This document shows, in pieces, positions 1 through 10,401 of a stretch of 64,000 nucleotides of DNA. The notes beneath the pieces are model-generated. The model ran no database searches. It was not told where the DNA came from and worked only from the letters and a program-made list of their open reading frames with translations. The position numbers and the translations under genes are program-made. Location: assembly GCA_012513515.1 (NCBI GenBank), contig JAAZCA010000036.1, positions 9,045 to 73,044 on the forward strand. The letters run 5' to 3'. Numbering within the stretch: the first letter of the stretch is position 1; each line of letters begins with the position of its first letter. Origin of the DNA: Myxococcales bacterium. Its GTDB lineage: Bacteria > UBA10199 > 2-02-FULL-44-16 > JAAZCA01.

Positions 1-268
1 TGAGTTGTTCAGGGCTCAGAAGGGGATGACCAGAAAGACTGTTGACTCTATCGCCGAATCCTTTGGATACGACATGCAGGATTTTGCATCGTGCATCGCA
101 TCGCCGGAAACGGAATCCAGGGTGAAGGATGATCTGGCAGCTGCCAGAAAATTGGGGATAACGGGGACTCCCACTATATACATAAATGGGAAAAAGGCAC
201 GATATTGGAGAAATCCCGAGTTCTTGAGAATGATCATAAAGAGCGAAATTAGAAGGGGCCATAGATGA
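1..268 (+). CDS. DsbA/thioredoxin-fold protein, C-terminal part (starts before window)
   Basis: ARKLGITGTPTIYINGK matches the DsbA-family cis-Pro 'G(I/V)xGTPT' motif; stop overlaps next ATG (ATGA). Confidence 0.75.
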   Translation, partial: ELFRAQKGMTRKTVDSIAESFGYDMQDFASCIASPETESRVKDDLAAARKLGITGTPTIYINGKKARYWRNPEFLRMIIKSEIRRGHR

Positions 269-1503
269 AAGACAGCCTGAAGAAAAAATGTGATTATTCG
301 AAAGACTTCATCAGGAAGCTTCCAAAGACCGACCTCCATGTTCATCTGGACGGGAGCCTTCGCGTGTCGACGTTGATAGACTTGGCAAAAAAGCATTCTG
401 TGAAACTTCCCTCTTTTACAGAAGCAGGGCTTAGAAAAACGGTTTTTAAAAAAAGATATGGGGATCTGCTGGAATACCTCAGGGGCTTCGATTATACGCT
501 AGCCGTCATGCAGACTCCAGAGGCGCTGGAGCGCGTCGCCTATGAATTTGCGATGGACTGTTTTGAGGATGGCGTCAGGTATGTGGAACCGAGGTTTGCT
601 CCGCAGCTGCATGTGAACGATCTTATGGCTGTGGAGGATGTCCTGATCTCGGTCAACAAGGGACTCGCGCGCGCCAAAGAGGAGATCAATACCTCGAAGG
701 CCATAGCGTCGGGTTCCGAGCCTTATTTTGAATATGGAATAATCTGCTGCGCTATGAGGATGTTCAATGAAAATTTTCCGGGAGTATTCAGAAAGCTGCT
801 GTCCGTTCACAAGTATATGGATCGTGAGGAGCTCTATGGCCTTGCAGCGCTCGACCTCGTCGAGTCCATGATATATTGCCGTGATGAGTTAGGTCTTCCT
901 ATAGTCGGATTCGACCTGGCCGGAGCCGAGTCCGGATATCCAGCGGAGCATTATAAAAGTTCGTTCGAGTTGGCCCATAAAAATTTTTTCAGAAAGACGG
1001 TGCACGCCGGGGAAGCATATGGCCCGGAATCCATATTTCAGGCCATAGCGGATTGTCACGCCGACAGGATAGGGCACGGCACTCACATATTCGACGCTTC
1101 GATGGTGAAATCAGGTAGCAAGGCCGAAAAGGAACGTTACGTCAACGACCTGTGGCAATACGTTGCTGATAGCAGAATGACCATCGAAGTATGTCTGACA
1201 TCCAACCTTCAGACGAAGCCGGAGATGAAGTCCGTTAGGAGCCATCCTGTTTCCAAGATGCTTGAGAAGAGGCTTTCATTTACCTTCTGTACTGATAACA
1301 TGCTCGTATCGGATACGACTGCGACTGATGAAATATTGCTGGCTGTTAACAATTTCAAAATAAATTCCAACAAACTCAAGGATATAATAATCTACGGCTT
1401 CAAACGAAGTTTTTTTCCTGGCGACTATTTGGAAAAGCGCCGGTACATACGCAGCGTGATAGATTACTACGACAGGGTGGAGAAAGAATTCTTTGTTTCT
1501 TAG
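265..1503 (+). CDS. add: Adenosine deaminase family protein
   Basis: LPKTDLHVHLDGS, GFDLAGAE, TVHAGEAYG, RIGHG, CTDN metal and catalytic motifs. Confidence 0.92.
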   Translation: MKDSLKKKCDYSKDFIRKLPKTDLHVHLDGSLRVSTLIDLAKKHSVKLPSFTEAGLRKTVFKKRYGDLLEYLRGFDYTLAVMQTPEALERVAYEFAMDCFEDGVRYVEPRFAPQLHVNDLMAVEDVLISVNKGLARAKEEINTSKAIASGSEPYFEYGIICCAMRMFNENFPGVFRKLLSVHKYMDREELYGLAALDLVESMIYCRDELGLPIVGFDLAGAESGYPAEHYKSSFELAHKNFFRKTVHAGEAYGPESIFQAIADCHADRIGHGTHIFDASMVKSGSKAEKERYVNDLWQYVADSRMTIEVCLTSNLQTKPEMKSVRSHPVSKMLEKRLSFTFCTDNMLVSDTTATDEILLAVNNFKINSNKLKDIIIYGFKRSFFPGDYLEKRRYIRSVIDYYDRVEKEFFVS

Positions 1504-3229
1504 AATAACGACATTCCTGTTTTTAATTTTAATGCTGCCGTCATCGGCGGATGCCGTGCTGAGATCCCTATGTGAAGGTTACAAGATAGATTCTTCTGAA
1601 ATAATAAGATTCAATGTCAACGAGAAAAAACTTATATGCGGAGATCACAATGCCGAATCGTGGAACAAAATACCTAGATCACAGGCTAAGTATTTTGCGC
1701 GCAACTTTCTTCAGGAGCGCGGGTATTTGGATCCGGAGTTTAAAGAGGAAGGTGAAAATGTAATAATAGTCGTCGGGGAAAAAACTCGAATTACAGATGT
1801 TTCCATCAAAGGGGCTCCCCCGCGCACATTAAGGGCATGGCAAAAGAGGGGAATCAGGGGTGCTCCGCTCGATCCGAAATCCTTGGACTCGCTCGAAAGG
1901 TGGGGGGTATCGGGTCTCAAGTCGAAGGGGTTTGCATGCCCTCGCGTTTCGGCTTTAGGGGATGCCAGCAGCGGAGGGGTAGAGCTTGAAGTCAACCCCG
2001 GCCCTCGTCTCAATATAGCTTCCCTCGAACAGTCGCCTGTGGAAGGCCTGATGGATGGGGCGCTTGAACGGTTCAATGCGTTTCATGTGGGGGATCCGTA
2101 TGATTATAGGAATATAGCTCTCACCAGCAGAAGGATATCGCAGAGCGGAATACTTCAGAGCAGCTATTTTCTCACCGAGTGCGCCGACGACGGCGTTCAC
2201 CTTACACAGAAATCTATTTCAGGGGCGAGCAGGCTCGTAAGCGCCGGGCTAGGAGGGAGCACCGAGGAGTATCTGATAGGAAAGGCTTCATGGAAGCAGG
2301 GAAGATTGGGTAAAGCAGGATCTTCATTTGAAGTGGCCGGCAGGGCCTCCTACAGGAGACAGCGATTTCTAGTCAAAGGGATGGTCTATCCCTTTTCTTT
2401 TCCGACTCGCTGGCACTTCACGCCCGCCTTTTCGACCAGGAGGGAAAAAGAATCCAGGTACGAGTACCTTGCCAATGATCTTCTTATCCCAGCTGCTGTG
2501 AACTGGGATACCAGGGAAATAGGATGGAATCTTTTTTTCGGGCCGAGATTGAATTACACGAGGGTCTTCAGCGGAGCCGACAAAGGTTGGACGCACTTTC
2601 TATCAGGTATCGCAGGTTTGGAGATCATCAGCCATGTCTATGAGTTGAACGTGGCAGATCCCAAATCCGGTTACACCGTGAGGGGATTGGCTGAGTTCAA
2701 CTCAGACAAGGCGTTTTCCACGATCAGCGCGCAGAAATTCACGTTGTCAGGAGAAGCTCTGTACAATTTTGCAGGGTTCGATTCGCCGCTGCTTATTCTC
2801 TCCATAAGGGGATTCGCCGGTACAACTTTGGTGGATAGCGGCAACGCACAATTTTCCAAGATGCCTCCATGGTTATTTTATTATTTCGGAGGTTCAGCCG
2901 ATCTTCGCGGGTTCGGGCTTAAAAAATTGCCAGATGCTAACAGAGGCGCGCTGACTGCGCTTTACTCGGGCGTCGAAGCGAGGCTGGCGAATATATTTCC
3001 CTTGAACCTTCAGCCTATAGCTTTTGCGGATTTTGGTGTGATGGGTCAGAAGTCGGTCAGTCTTAATCTGCCTGTCTACTGCTCTCCGGGGATAGGTATC
3101 AGGTGGCCATCGCTCATTGGAGTTTTGAGGTTCACCGCTGCAAAGGGTCTGTTTTTGAAAAACAGCACCCCTCCCAAACAAGCCCCTTCGCGCTGGCATT
3201 TTATATTCAGCATAGGGGAGGAGTTTTGA
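1493..3229 (+). CDS. Omp85/BamA-TamA family outer-membrane protein
   Basis: Signal peptide, POTRA-like N-terminus, GGSADLRGF (VRGF motif), C-terminal FSIGEEF; followed by TamB-like gene. Confidence 0.85.
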   Translation: MFLRITTFLFLILMLPSSADAVLRSLCEGYKIDSSEIIRFNVNEKKLICGDHNAESWNKIPRSQAKYFARNFLQERGYLDPEFKEEGENVIIVVGEKTRITDVSIKGAPPRTLRAWQKRGIRGAPLDPKSLDSLERWGVSGLKSKGFACPRVSALGDASSGGVELEVNPGPRLNIASLEQSPVEGLMDGALERFNAFHVGDPYDYRNIALTSRRISQSGILQSSYFLTECADDGVHLTQKSISGASRLVSAGLGGSTEEYLIGKASWKQGRLGKAGSSFEVAGRASYRRQRFLVKGMVYPFSFPTRWHFTPAFSTRREKESRYEYLANDLLIPAAVNWDTREIGWNLFFGPRLNYTRVFSGADKGWTHFLSGIAGLEIISHVYELNVADPKSGYTVRGLAEFNSDKAFSTISAQKFTLSGEALYNFAGFDSPLLILSIRGFAGTTLVDSGNAQFSKMPPWLFYYFGGSADLRGFGLKKLPDANRGALTALYSGVEARLANIFPLNLQPIAFADFGVMGQKSVSLNLPVYCSPGIGIRWPSLIGVLRFTAAKGLFLKNSTPPKQAPSRWHFIFSIGEEF

Positions 3230-3230
3230 T

Positions 3231-5579
3231 ATGAAGAAAAAAGCTGTCATAGCCCTTATATCGGCGCCACTCCTGTTTTTAGCTATGATCTTCGCGCTTC
3301 TTATCGCTGTATTAAACTGGCCCACGATTATTATAAATCCATATTCGCTTTCGGCCCTTTCAAAATATCTCATCCCTCTTGGAATTCATGTCGGATGGTC
3401 CGACATGAAAGTTTCTACTGTATCAAGTGGATTCCTGGATGAAACAGTTTCGATCAAGGTTGAAAATATTTGCATTAAAATGAAACCGGAGATCGAACAC
3501 GGATGCTTTTCTGACGTCGGCATCTCTTTCAGATACGAATTCAAAGGTATGATTCCGAACTTGAAGGAAATCGGTCCGCTTTCTATGACAGGCGGCGATA
3601 TTTATGTGGTTCTAGCCGACGATGTAGAAGATGAGAGCACCGACGGTGAAATATTCATCCCCGATGTAAGAATTCCAGGATATTTCTCCGATGTATCCAT
3701 TTTGCCAGTGCGCATAAGTGTAGAGTCGACAAAGGTCGATTATTATGGCGGCAGCGTCTCAGGCTCGGTCGATATCAATGCTGATTCATCAAATCAAAAT
3801 ACGATAGATAGAATATCCCTCTCATTCAGGTTGAACTCCGATGCCCTTGGGAGATTCGACGGGACTATTGCCGCGCATAGCGCATCATCGTTCAGAAAAG
3901 GGGATTGGAGCGCCAGCGTCAATCTGTCAGGAAACCTGGATGGAGGTGGAATTGTTTCATCATCGATCGATCTATCTACAGATGACGGCAAAGAATTGGG
4001 AGTAGAGGTTAACGCGGATTATTCTGAAGGAATCCTTGCCGCGTCATCTAAAATCGACGCGACAATTTCAAGTAAATCAGTGAACGCGCTCTTGAATGGA
4101 AATATGAAGGGTGTGTCCGATGTGATTCCGGAGGTCAGATTCTCCGGATGTAGGTTGGACTTTAAGAGCTCCGATAAATCCGGAAATAGAGGCCTCTTTG
4201 ATTTTAAGTGCCTGACCTCTGCGCGGCTGAAAAGAAATAAACTTCCTTGCGATGCTGAAGTTATATACAGGCCTCCGGAAGATATCGATCTGGACATTTC
4301 GGCCAACGGAGAAAGTTTTTTTATTCCTGACCTCGATGTGATAACCAAGGGGAGCCTTTCTGCGGTTGTCAGGCCGCACAAGGGGAAATTGGTATATATG
4401 AGCGGGCATTTATCCTCTGCTTTTGAGGGAGTCCCTTCCGAAGGTGTGAAAGGGTGGAAATTTCAAACCGAGGCTGATCTCGACTTTACAATAAAGAATT
4501 TTGCTGAGTTGGTTTCCGTTCTTGAAAAAACGTCATGGCCAGTACCGGCTCCCTTTAATGTCCTTGACGGCTCTGTGGAGTTTTCTGTGGAAGGTAAGAT
4601 GTCTTCCGAATCTGACAAGATAATCCTTCCTGCAAAGCTCAGGTCCAGACTTGAATCCGCCAAACAAAAGATTTTTTTGGACAGCGCCGGAAAATTGGAG
4701 ATAGGTTTTAAAGGCGATGCATCAGGCAAAGCTGCGCTCGATATGAACGTTGACTTCGATGATGTGCAGATACAGCTCCCGGACCTCGCTCTGGCGTCGA
4801 TTCCAAGGCTCGTCCCCGACTCGAGGATAATCACAGGAGGAGGTTTGGGTAATTTGTCCGGTGATATGTCAGAATCGTATGACTTCGAGTACTCCATTTC
4901 ATTGAGGACTGTATCGGGCAAGCCAATCAGGATTCTTTCAAATTTGACGCCTGAGTTTATCCCAATAGCTCTGGATATGAACACCAATGATGAGAGGCTT
5001 TCTGGAAGCTTTAAGATAGAATCATTTCCGGTTAAGTTGTTTTCGCGCTCAGCGAATCTCGATTATCTGGATATAGAGTTGGCCGATCCATCTGAAAAGA
5101 GCGTTGTCAAAGGAAAATTTGTCATTCCATACATAGATATGAAAATTCTGGTCGAGATTGCCGGGACCATTGAGCAGCCTTCGATAGTCCTTGCGTCTGA
5201 GCCGCCTATGTCTGAAGGGGACATACTATCGATGCTTTTGTACGGAGAGCCTCTAAACGATCTGGATAGCGATAACGCATCATCTGTGAGCAACACAAAC
5301 ATGGCTATAGCTGAAAGGTCGATGGCCCTTACCAGCTTTTTACTTCTTGCATCAACACCGATTCAAAGCGTTGCTTATAATCCCGACACCAAAACTTTTT
5401 CAGCAAGGGTTAGGCTCGCCAACAAAACCTCCCTGACTGTGGGCTCCAGCGGAGATCAGAAAGAAGTTGGAATCAAACAAAGGCTTGGTAAGGGCTGGAG
5501 TATAACGACTAACCTAGAAAAACACGACACCTCGCCAGGCGCGGCCTCCGCTTACATAGAGTGGAGCAAGAGATACTGA
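3231..5579 (+). CDS. TamB/AsmA-like translocation-assembly module protein
   Basis: N-terminal TM anchor, beta-rich body, C-terminal GTIEQPSIVLASEPPMSEGDILSMLLYG (DUF490-like); adjacent to TamA-like gene. Confidence 0.75.
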   Translation: MKKKAVIALISAPLLFLAMIFALLIAVLNWPTIIINPYSLSALSKYLIPLGIHVGWSDMKVSTVSSGFLDETVSIKVENICIKMKPEIEHGCFSDVGISFRYEFKGMIPNLKEIGPLSMTGGDIYVVLADDVEDESTDGEIFIPDVRIPGYFSDVSILPVRISVESTKVDYYGGSVSGSVDINADSSNQNTIDRISLSFRLNSDALGRFDGTIAAHSASSFRKGDWSASVNLSGNLDGGGIVSSSIDLSTDDGKELGVEVNADYSEGILAASSKIDATISSKSVNALLNGNMKGVSDVIPEVRFSGCRLDFKSSDKSGNRGLFDFKCLTSARLKRNKLPCDAEVIYRPPEDIDLDISANGESFFIPDLDVITKGSLSAVVRPHKGKLVYMSGHLSSAFEGVPSEGVKGWKFQTEADLDFTIKNFAELVSVLEKTSWPVPAPFNVLDGSVEFSVEGKMSSESDKIILPAKLRSRLESAKQKIFLDSAGKLEIGFKGDASGKAALDMNVDFDDVQIQLPDLALASIPRLVPDSRIITGGGLGNLSGDMSESYDFEYSISLRTVSGKPIRILSNLTPEFIPIALDMNTNDERLSGSFKIESFPVKLFSRSANLDYLDIELADPSEKSVVKGKFVIPYIDMKILVEIAGTIEQPSIVLASEPPMSEGDILSMLLYGEPLNDLDSDNASSVSNTNMAIAERSMALTSFLLLASTPIQSVAYNPDTKTFSARVRLANKTSLTVGSSGDQKEVGIKQRLGKGWSITTNLEKHDTSPGAASAYIEWSKRY

Positions 5580-5784
5580 TCTTTGTCATCCGTAAGGATA
5601 TCGGCTCCAGAGTTAAGTTGCCACGTTAGACAGAGGTAATATTAAGAAATCAAGATGCGATCATACGGCTTTGATCTTCGAGCAGATTTCATTCGGACGG
5701 GCTGAAATCTACAAGATTCAAGAGGAAGAGGAGGCAAGAGATCGGGCGGGGAGATGACAGCCGTGCAGTCATTCCCGCATGTCT

Positions 5785-6693
5785 TCAGCGGGCCTGCTTT
5801 TTCAGCCAGTTCCAGCTTTTATCTATGTATTGCTGATAGGACTCGATCTGCTCTTGTGTCATGTGGCGGAAGCGCCCTTGCATCGAGAGATAATCCTGAA
5901 CCGGAATTCCCTTTGGTTCTATGTTGATCGTGTATTTTTCACCATTTTCAACTTCGAATATGGGAAAGACCTTTGAATCGACGGCCTTTCTCATTACCTC
6001 GATGGATTTTTCCGAATCGATTTTCCATCCTGCGGTGCATGAGGCCAGTATGTGAATGAACCGGAACCCCTTTATCTTTTTGGCCTTTTCAAACTTGGCC
6101 ATGAGGTCGTGAGGAAATGCTGGCGAGGTCGTAGCCAGGTAAGGTATGCCGTGCGATGCCATTATCCTATCGATGTTTTTCTTAGGCGTCATCTTCGGAA
6201 AATCAACAGGCGTCGTGGTGGTCCACGTGAATTCCGGTGTTGCTCCGGACTGCTGAATGCCGGTATTCATATACGCCTCATTGTCGTAACAGACGTAGAT
6301 TACATCCTCGTTTCTTTCGGCTGCTGAAGAGAGGGATTGAAGGCCGATGTCGAATGTTCCTCCGTCTCCAGCCCAACCCATGATTTGGGTTGTTTTATTT
6401 TCCTTTATGTCGAGCGCCGCACGGATTCCGGAGAGCACTGCGCCAGTCGTTTCGAAGGCCGTATGCATGAGCGGGACCTTCATGTTTGAGTAGGGAAATG
6501 GCCCTGGGATCACAGCCCAGCAGCAGGCTGGAATTACCACGATGGTGTCTGGCCCGAGAGATTTGAGAGCGAGTCTCATCGCTATCGCGGCGCCGCATCC
6601 GGGGCATGCCAGATGGCCGCTCGTCATCATTTCCGACTGTTCGTAACTCTGTTTGGACTCACCCTGTTTGAAAAGATGTGGATCTGTTCGCAT
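5785..6693 (-). CDS. porB: 2-oxoacid:ferredoxin oxidoreductase beta subunit (TPP-binding)
   Basis: GHLACPGCG, GDGGTFDIG, DNEAYMNTG motifs. Confidence 0.92.
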   Translation of the reverse strand: MRTDPHLFKQGESKQSYEQSEMMTSGHLACPGCGAAIAMRLALKSLGPDTIVVIPACCWAVIPGPFPYSNMKVPLMHTAFETTGAVLSGIRAALDIKENKTTQIMGWAGDGGTFDIGLQSLSSAAERNEDVIYVCYDNEAYMNTGIQQSGATPEFTWTTTTPVDFPKMTPKKNIDRIMASHGIPYLATTSPAFPHDLMAKFEKAKKIKGFRFIHILASCTAGWKIDSEKSIEVMRKAVDSKVFPIFEVENGEKYTINIEPKGIPVQDYLSMQGRFRHMTQEQIESYQQYIDKSWNWLKKQAR

Positions 6694-6705
6694 TATAACC
6701 CTCTT

Positions 6706-7881
6706 CTATTTTTTGAGACCTATCCAAATGTCTTCGGATGGGTGATCTGCTGCTTTCGTTTTGTTATAAACTTCGATGATGGATTCCGGCGTTACATCTC
6801 TTCCTCCAAGGCCTATATGGAAGGTGAAGATATCCGGAGCCTGCGCGATGTCGTAGAAAGCGGACTTGATTTCGCTGCTCCATATTCCGCCGCAGCCATG
6901 GCTGATATTTCTGTCCAGAACGGCTATCTTTTTTATTTTCCTGCCGCCCGAGATGTTTCCAGCCGCCTCACGTAACGCATCGAACGGGAATGGGCGGAAC
7001 ATTCGAATTTTACAGATGCCAACCTTTTCTCCACGTTCGCGGAGTTGTTTTACAGCGACGCGAGCGGTGGACGTCATCGATCCGCTGGTGAGGAACACTA
7101 TTTCAGCATCATCGGCATCTATCATTTCCACGATGTCATTCGGCCTTCCAAATTTCTTTTCGAAATTTTTGGCGATATCGTTATATGTGTTTATCGCTTC
7201 ACGGTGGGCCTTTTCCATTATATAGCGGAACTCCATATAGTTGTCAGGCGCGCAAAGCGGGTTGAAGGTCATTGGCGCGCTCGTGTCGAGCTTATATTTC
7301 GGCTTGAATGGAGGAAGGAACTTATCGACCTCGCTGATGTCGGGAATCTCAACCGGTTCGTAGGTATGGGAGAGTATGAACGAATCGTAGACCACCATGA
7401 CCGGAAGATAGATCGTTTCCGCGAGCCTGAAGGCCATCAGTATGGTGTCGATGACTTCCTGATTCGTTTCACAGTATAGCTGTATCCAACCGGTGTCGCG
7501 CTGTGCAAGCGAGTCGGTCTGGTCGCTCCAGATGCTCCAGCCAGGGGCCATCGCACGGTTGACGTTGCAAAGCACTACCGGGAGCCTCCCATACGCGGCC
7601 CAGAATAAAAGCTCGTGCATTAAAGCCAGCCCTTGCGACGATGTTGCGGTAAATGCCCTTGCTCCGGCCTGCGAAGCCGCTATAGTAGCGGCCATTGCCG
7701 AATGCTCGGATTCCACTTTTATAAACTTGGCGTTGAGCTCCCCTTTTGCGCACATCTCCGAAAGCTCCTCGACTATCTGCGTCTGCGGTGTGATTGGATA
7801 TGCGGATATTACCTCTGTTCTGGCAAGCTTCACTCCGTAGGAGGTAGCGTGATTTCCCATTAGGACTTCTTTTTTTGACAT
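6706..7881 (-). CDS. porA: 2-oxoacid:ferredoxin oxidoreductase alpha subunit
   Basis: AYPITPQT, VESEHSA, TATSSQGL motifs. Confidence 0.92.
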   Translation of the reverse strand: MSKKEVLMGNHATSYGVKLARTEVISAYPITPQTQIVEELSEMCAKGELNAKFIKVESEHSAMAATIAASQAGARAFTATSSQGLALMHELLFWAAYGRLPVVLCNVNRAMAPGWSIWSDQTDSLAQRDTGWIQLYCETNQEVIDTILMAFRLAETIYLPVMVVYDSFILSHTYEPVEIPDISEVDKFLPPFKPKYKLDTSAPMTFNPLCAPDNYMEFRYIMEKAHREAINTYNDIAKNFEKKFGRPNDIVEMIDADDAEIVFLTSGSMTSTARVAVKQLRERGEKVGICKIRMFRPFPFDALREAAGNISGGRKIKKIAVLDRNISHGCGGIWSSEIKSAFYDIAQAPDIFTFHIGLGGRDVTPESIIEVYNKTKAADHPSEDIWIGLKK

Positions 7882-7906
7882 TTCAAACCTTCCTTCCGAT
7901 GGACGT

Positions 7907-9715
7907 TCAAAATTCGGTTGGTTCTTCGGTCATCCTCATTGCTGCGCGCGGGCATTCGTGGGAACAAAGACCGCATCCCTTGCAGTAGTAGAGGTCTATC
8001 TCGAAACCGGAGCTTTTTTTGGCGATCGCCAAGTCGGGGCAGTATATGTAGCAGTTATCGCACTCCGTGCATCTGCCACAGTGAAAACATCTTGAGAGTT
8101 CCGATGATTTTATATCTTCCGCTGGCGAAGCGTGAACCTCTGTGAACGGGTCGCCTGAGAATCTTTTTTCCAAGGGCAGAGATGGTTTTTCCGCAGGAGT
8201 TGAGTGCGTGAAATAGGCGCTGTTGAGGTCGGTAAATCGTACGATCTCGCCCAGCATCTCTGTCTTAGAATCCGTTGACGCATTGTGAACTTTGCCCGTT
8301 CTGTGTTCCAGATATTTCGACATCAGAGGCGTGGACGTGCCAGGGATGGTTATCCTTGGAATGATGTCGGCTGGGTTTTCTCCTCGTAGAATGCAATCTA
8401 TGGCTATGGCGCTGCGTTTGCCATCGCCGAGGGCGTCGACGACAGTACGGGAGCCTGCTGTTATATCTCCGCCAGCGAACATCCCCTTCAAGGAGGTCTT
8501 GCCAAACTCATCCGCTACCAGAGAACCATCTTTTATATGTATTGCGGCAGGGATGATCCTGTTTTCTATCTCCTCCCCTATGGCGGAGAAGATGGCGTCA
8601 GCATCGAACATCATTTCTGAACCTTCGATTGGAACGGGGCGGCGTCTTCCGGACTCGTCGGGATCTCCAAGCTTCATGCGCAGGCATTCAAGCCCTTTTG
8701 CCTTTCCGGATTTTACTATGACTCTCTTTGGAGCCATGAGTATCTCTATACGGACCCCCTCGTCGAGGGCTGCCTGGATCTCTTCCTGAGATGCAGGCAT
8801 TTCCGCAACGGATCTGCGGTAGATCACCGTAACTTCTGCGCCGAGCCTCTTCGCAGTTCTTGCAGTGTCGATTGCGGTATTTCCTCCGCCAACCACCAAG
8901 ACCTTGCTTCCTATGTTTATCTTCTTGCTGTGTTCTATGGATTTGAGGAAGTTGAGTCCGGATGTCACGCCCTCGCTCTTTTCGTCAGAAACTCCCATCG
9001 GACGGGATTTGTGCGCCCCTGTGGCGACGAAGGTTGCGTCGTATTCACGCACGATCTCCTCCAGGTGTGCAGCGTCCTTTATTTCTTGGCCAAGTTTGAA
9101 TTCTACTCCCATCCTCTTCAGCGAGTCGATCTCCCTGTCGATTACTCTTCTTGGAAGGCGGTAGGATGGAATGCCATAGCGAAGCATTCCACCCGCCATT
9201 TTTTCCCTGTCATAGACGACCGCTTTATGGCCGAGCCTGGTGATGTGGTAAGCGAATGCCAGCCCCGCCGGGCCGGCTCCAACAGCAGCAACTTTTTTGC
9301 CGCTTTTTGCCGCAAATGGTTCCGGCGTTGGAATTTTATCTCCTATCGCATCGCCGAGGGCTCTTTCGAGCATGTTGATGTTGACCGCGCCACCCATCTC
9401 GCACCTGTTGCAGCCTTCCATGCACGGATGAAAGCAGACGCGCCCCATTATAGCTGGAAATGGATTTTCCAATGTTGCCGCCTGCCACGCCTTTTCGACT
9501 TCGCCATCTTGCATGAACCTTATCCAGCGCTCTATGTCGTTTCCGGTGGGACATGATGCTTGGCAAGCCGGAATTTTTTCAACGTAGCTTGGGCGAAGGT
9601 AGCGCCATGACCCAGTCTCGTTCCACTCCATCGTGGCCGAGCAGATGTCAAAATATGGCATCTCTTTTTCGCTGTTGAAGATTACAGGTTTTGGTTTGTT
9701 TTCTGTGCTGTTCAT
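7907..9715 (-). CDS. GltD/SudA-like NAD(P)H flavoprotein fused to POR delta-like 2[4Fe-4S] ferredoxin
   Basis: N-term TGSWRYLRP (delta-like), PACQASCP and GRVCFHPCMEGC Fe-S motifs, GAGPAG and GGGNTAID nucleotide sites, C-term CTECDNCYIYCP and CKGCGLCSHECP. Confidence 0.88.
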   Translation of the reverse strand: MNSTENKPKPVIFNSEKEMPYFDICSATMEWNETGSWRYLRPSYVEKIPACQASCPTGNDIERWIRFMQDGEVEKAWQAATLENPFPAIMGRVCFHPCMEGCNRCEMGGAVNINMLERALGDAIGDKIPTPEPFAAKSGKKVAAVGAGPAGLAFAYHITRLGHKAVVYDREKMAGGMLRYGIPSYRLPRRVIDREIDSLKRMGVEFKLGQEIKDAAHLEEIVREYDATFVATGAHKSRPMGVSDEKSEGVTSGLNFLKSIEHSKKINIGSKVLVVGGGNTAIDTARTAKRLGAEVTVIYRRSVAEMPASQEEIQAALDEGVRIEILMAPKRVIVKSGKAKGLECLRMKLGDPDESGRRRPVPIEGSEMMFDADAIFSAIGEEIENRIIPAAIHIKDGSLVADEFGKTSLKGMFAGGDITAGSRTVVDALGDGKRSAIAIDCILRGENPADIIPRITIPGTSTPLMSKYLEHRTGKVHNASTDSKTEMLGEIVRFTDLNSAYFTHSTPAEKPSLPLEKRFSGDPFTEVHASPAEDIKSSELSRCFHCGRCTECDNCYIYCPDLAIAKKSSGFEIDLYYCKGCGLCSHECPRAAMRMTEEPTEF

Positions 9716-9734
9716 CTTTTCACCTGTGGTTCAC

Positions 9735-10304
9735 TTAGTGTTCGCTTGAAAAAAGAACTTCGTCATAAGCTTCCATGGCGGCCTTAATGTTGGCGTCTGG
9801 TTTTATTGGAACGCCTTTTCTTATCGCATTGGAGATAGAATCCATCGAGCATATGCCGGTTATTCTGCAAAATGCCCCAAGAATTGCGGTATTCACTATC
9901 GGGCTGGTCTGTGATCCGAGCCTGTTTCGCGCAGCTATGCCGCTTGCATCGACGCAGGCGATTTTGAATTCTGACATCTGGGCGGATGCCTTCAGCTCTT
10001 CAGGGGATTTTTTTGAATTGATGAGAACCCAGCCTTCTTTTTTGAATCCCTTGAAGGTGGCCGGATTTTTTAAGAGCGTCGAGTCGAGTATGATGAGGTG
10101 GTCTGGGGTGTATATCTGACTTCTCAGGTCTATTTTTTCTTTGTCTATTCGAACGAATGCGGCCACGGGAGCTCCGCGTCTTTCAACTCCGAATGTTGGG
10201 AATGCCTGAACGAAGTTTCCTTCCGAAAAAATGGCAGTGGCCAGGATCTTTCCGCCGATCACAGCTCCTTGGCCGCCACGTCCGTGAAAGCGAATCTCGA
10301 TCAT
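9735..10304 (-). CDS. porC: 2-oxoacid:ferredoxin oxidoreductase gamma subunit
   Basis: [27 protein letters not shown] motifs. Confidence 0.92.
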
Positions 10305-10401
10305 AGCTCCTCCGCAGCTGAATTAAAACGCACCCCTTCATATAACATGGGGATATCTTGTCAAATGGGATATTGGCTGCGGCCGACCGCGTTGCTAGCC
10401 T

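Noticed and set aside
5580-5784. Possible ncRNA between tamB-like and porB (also the gaps 45029-45221 and 47583-47722)
   Set aside because: Only local hairpins between convergent genes; no recognisable RNA family or repeat copies.
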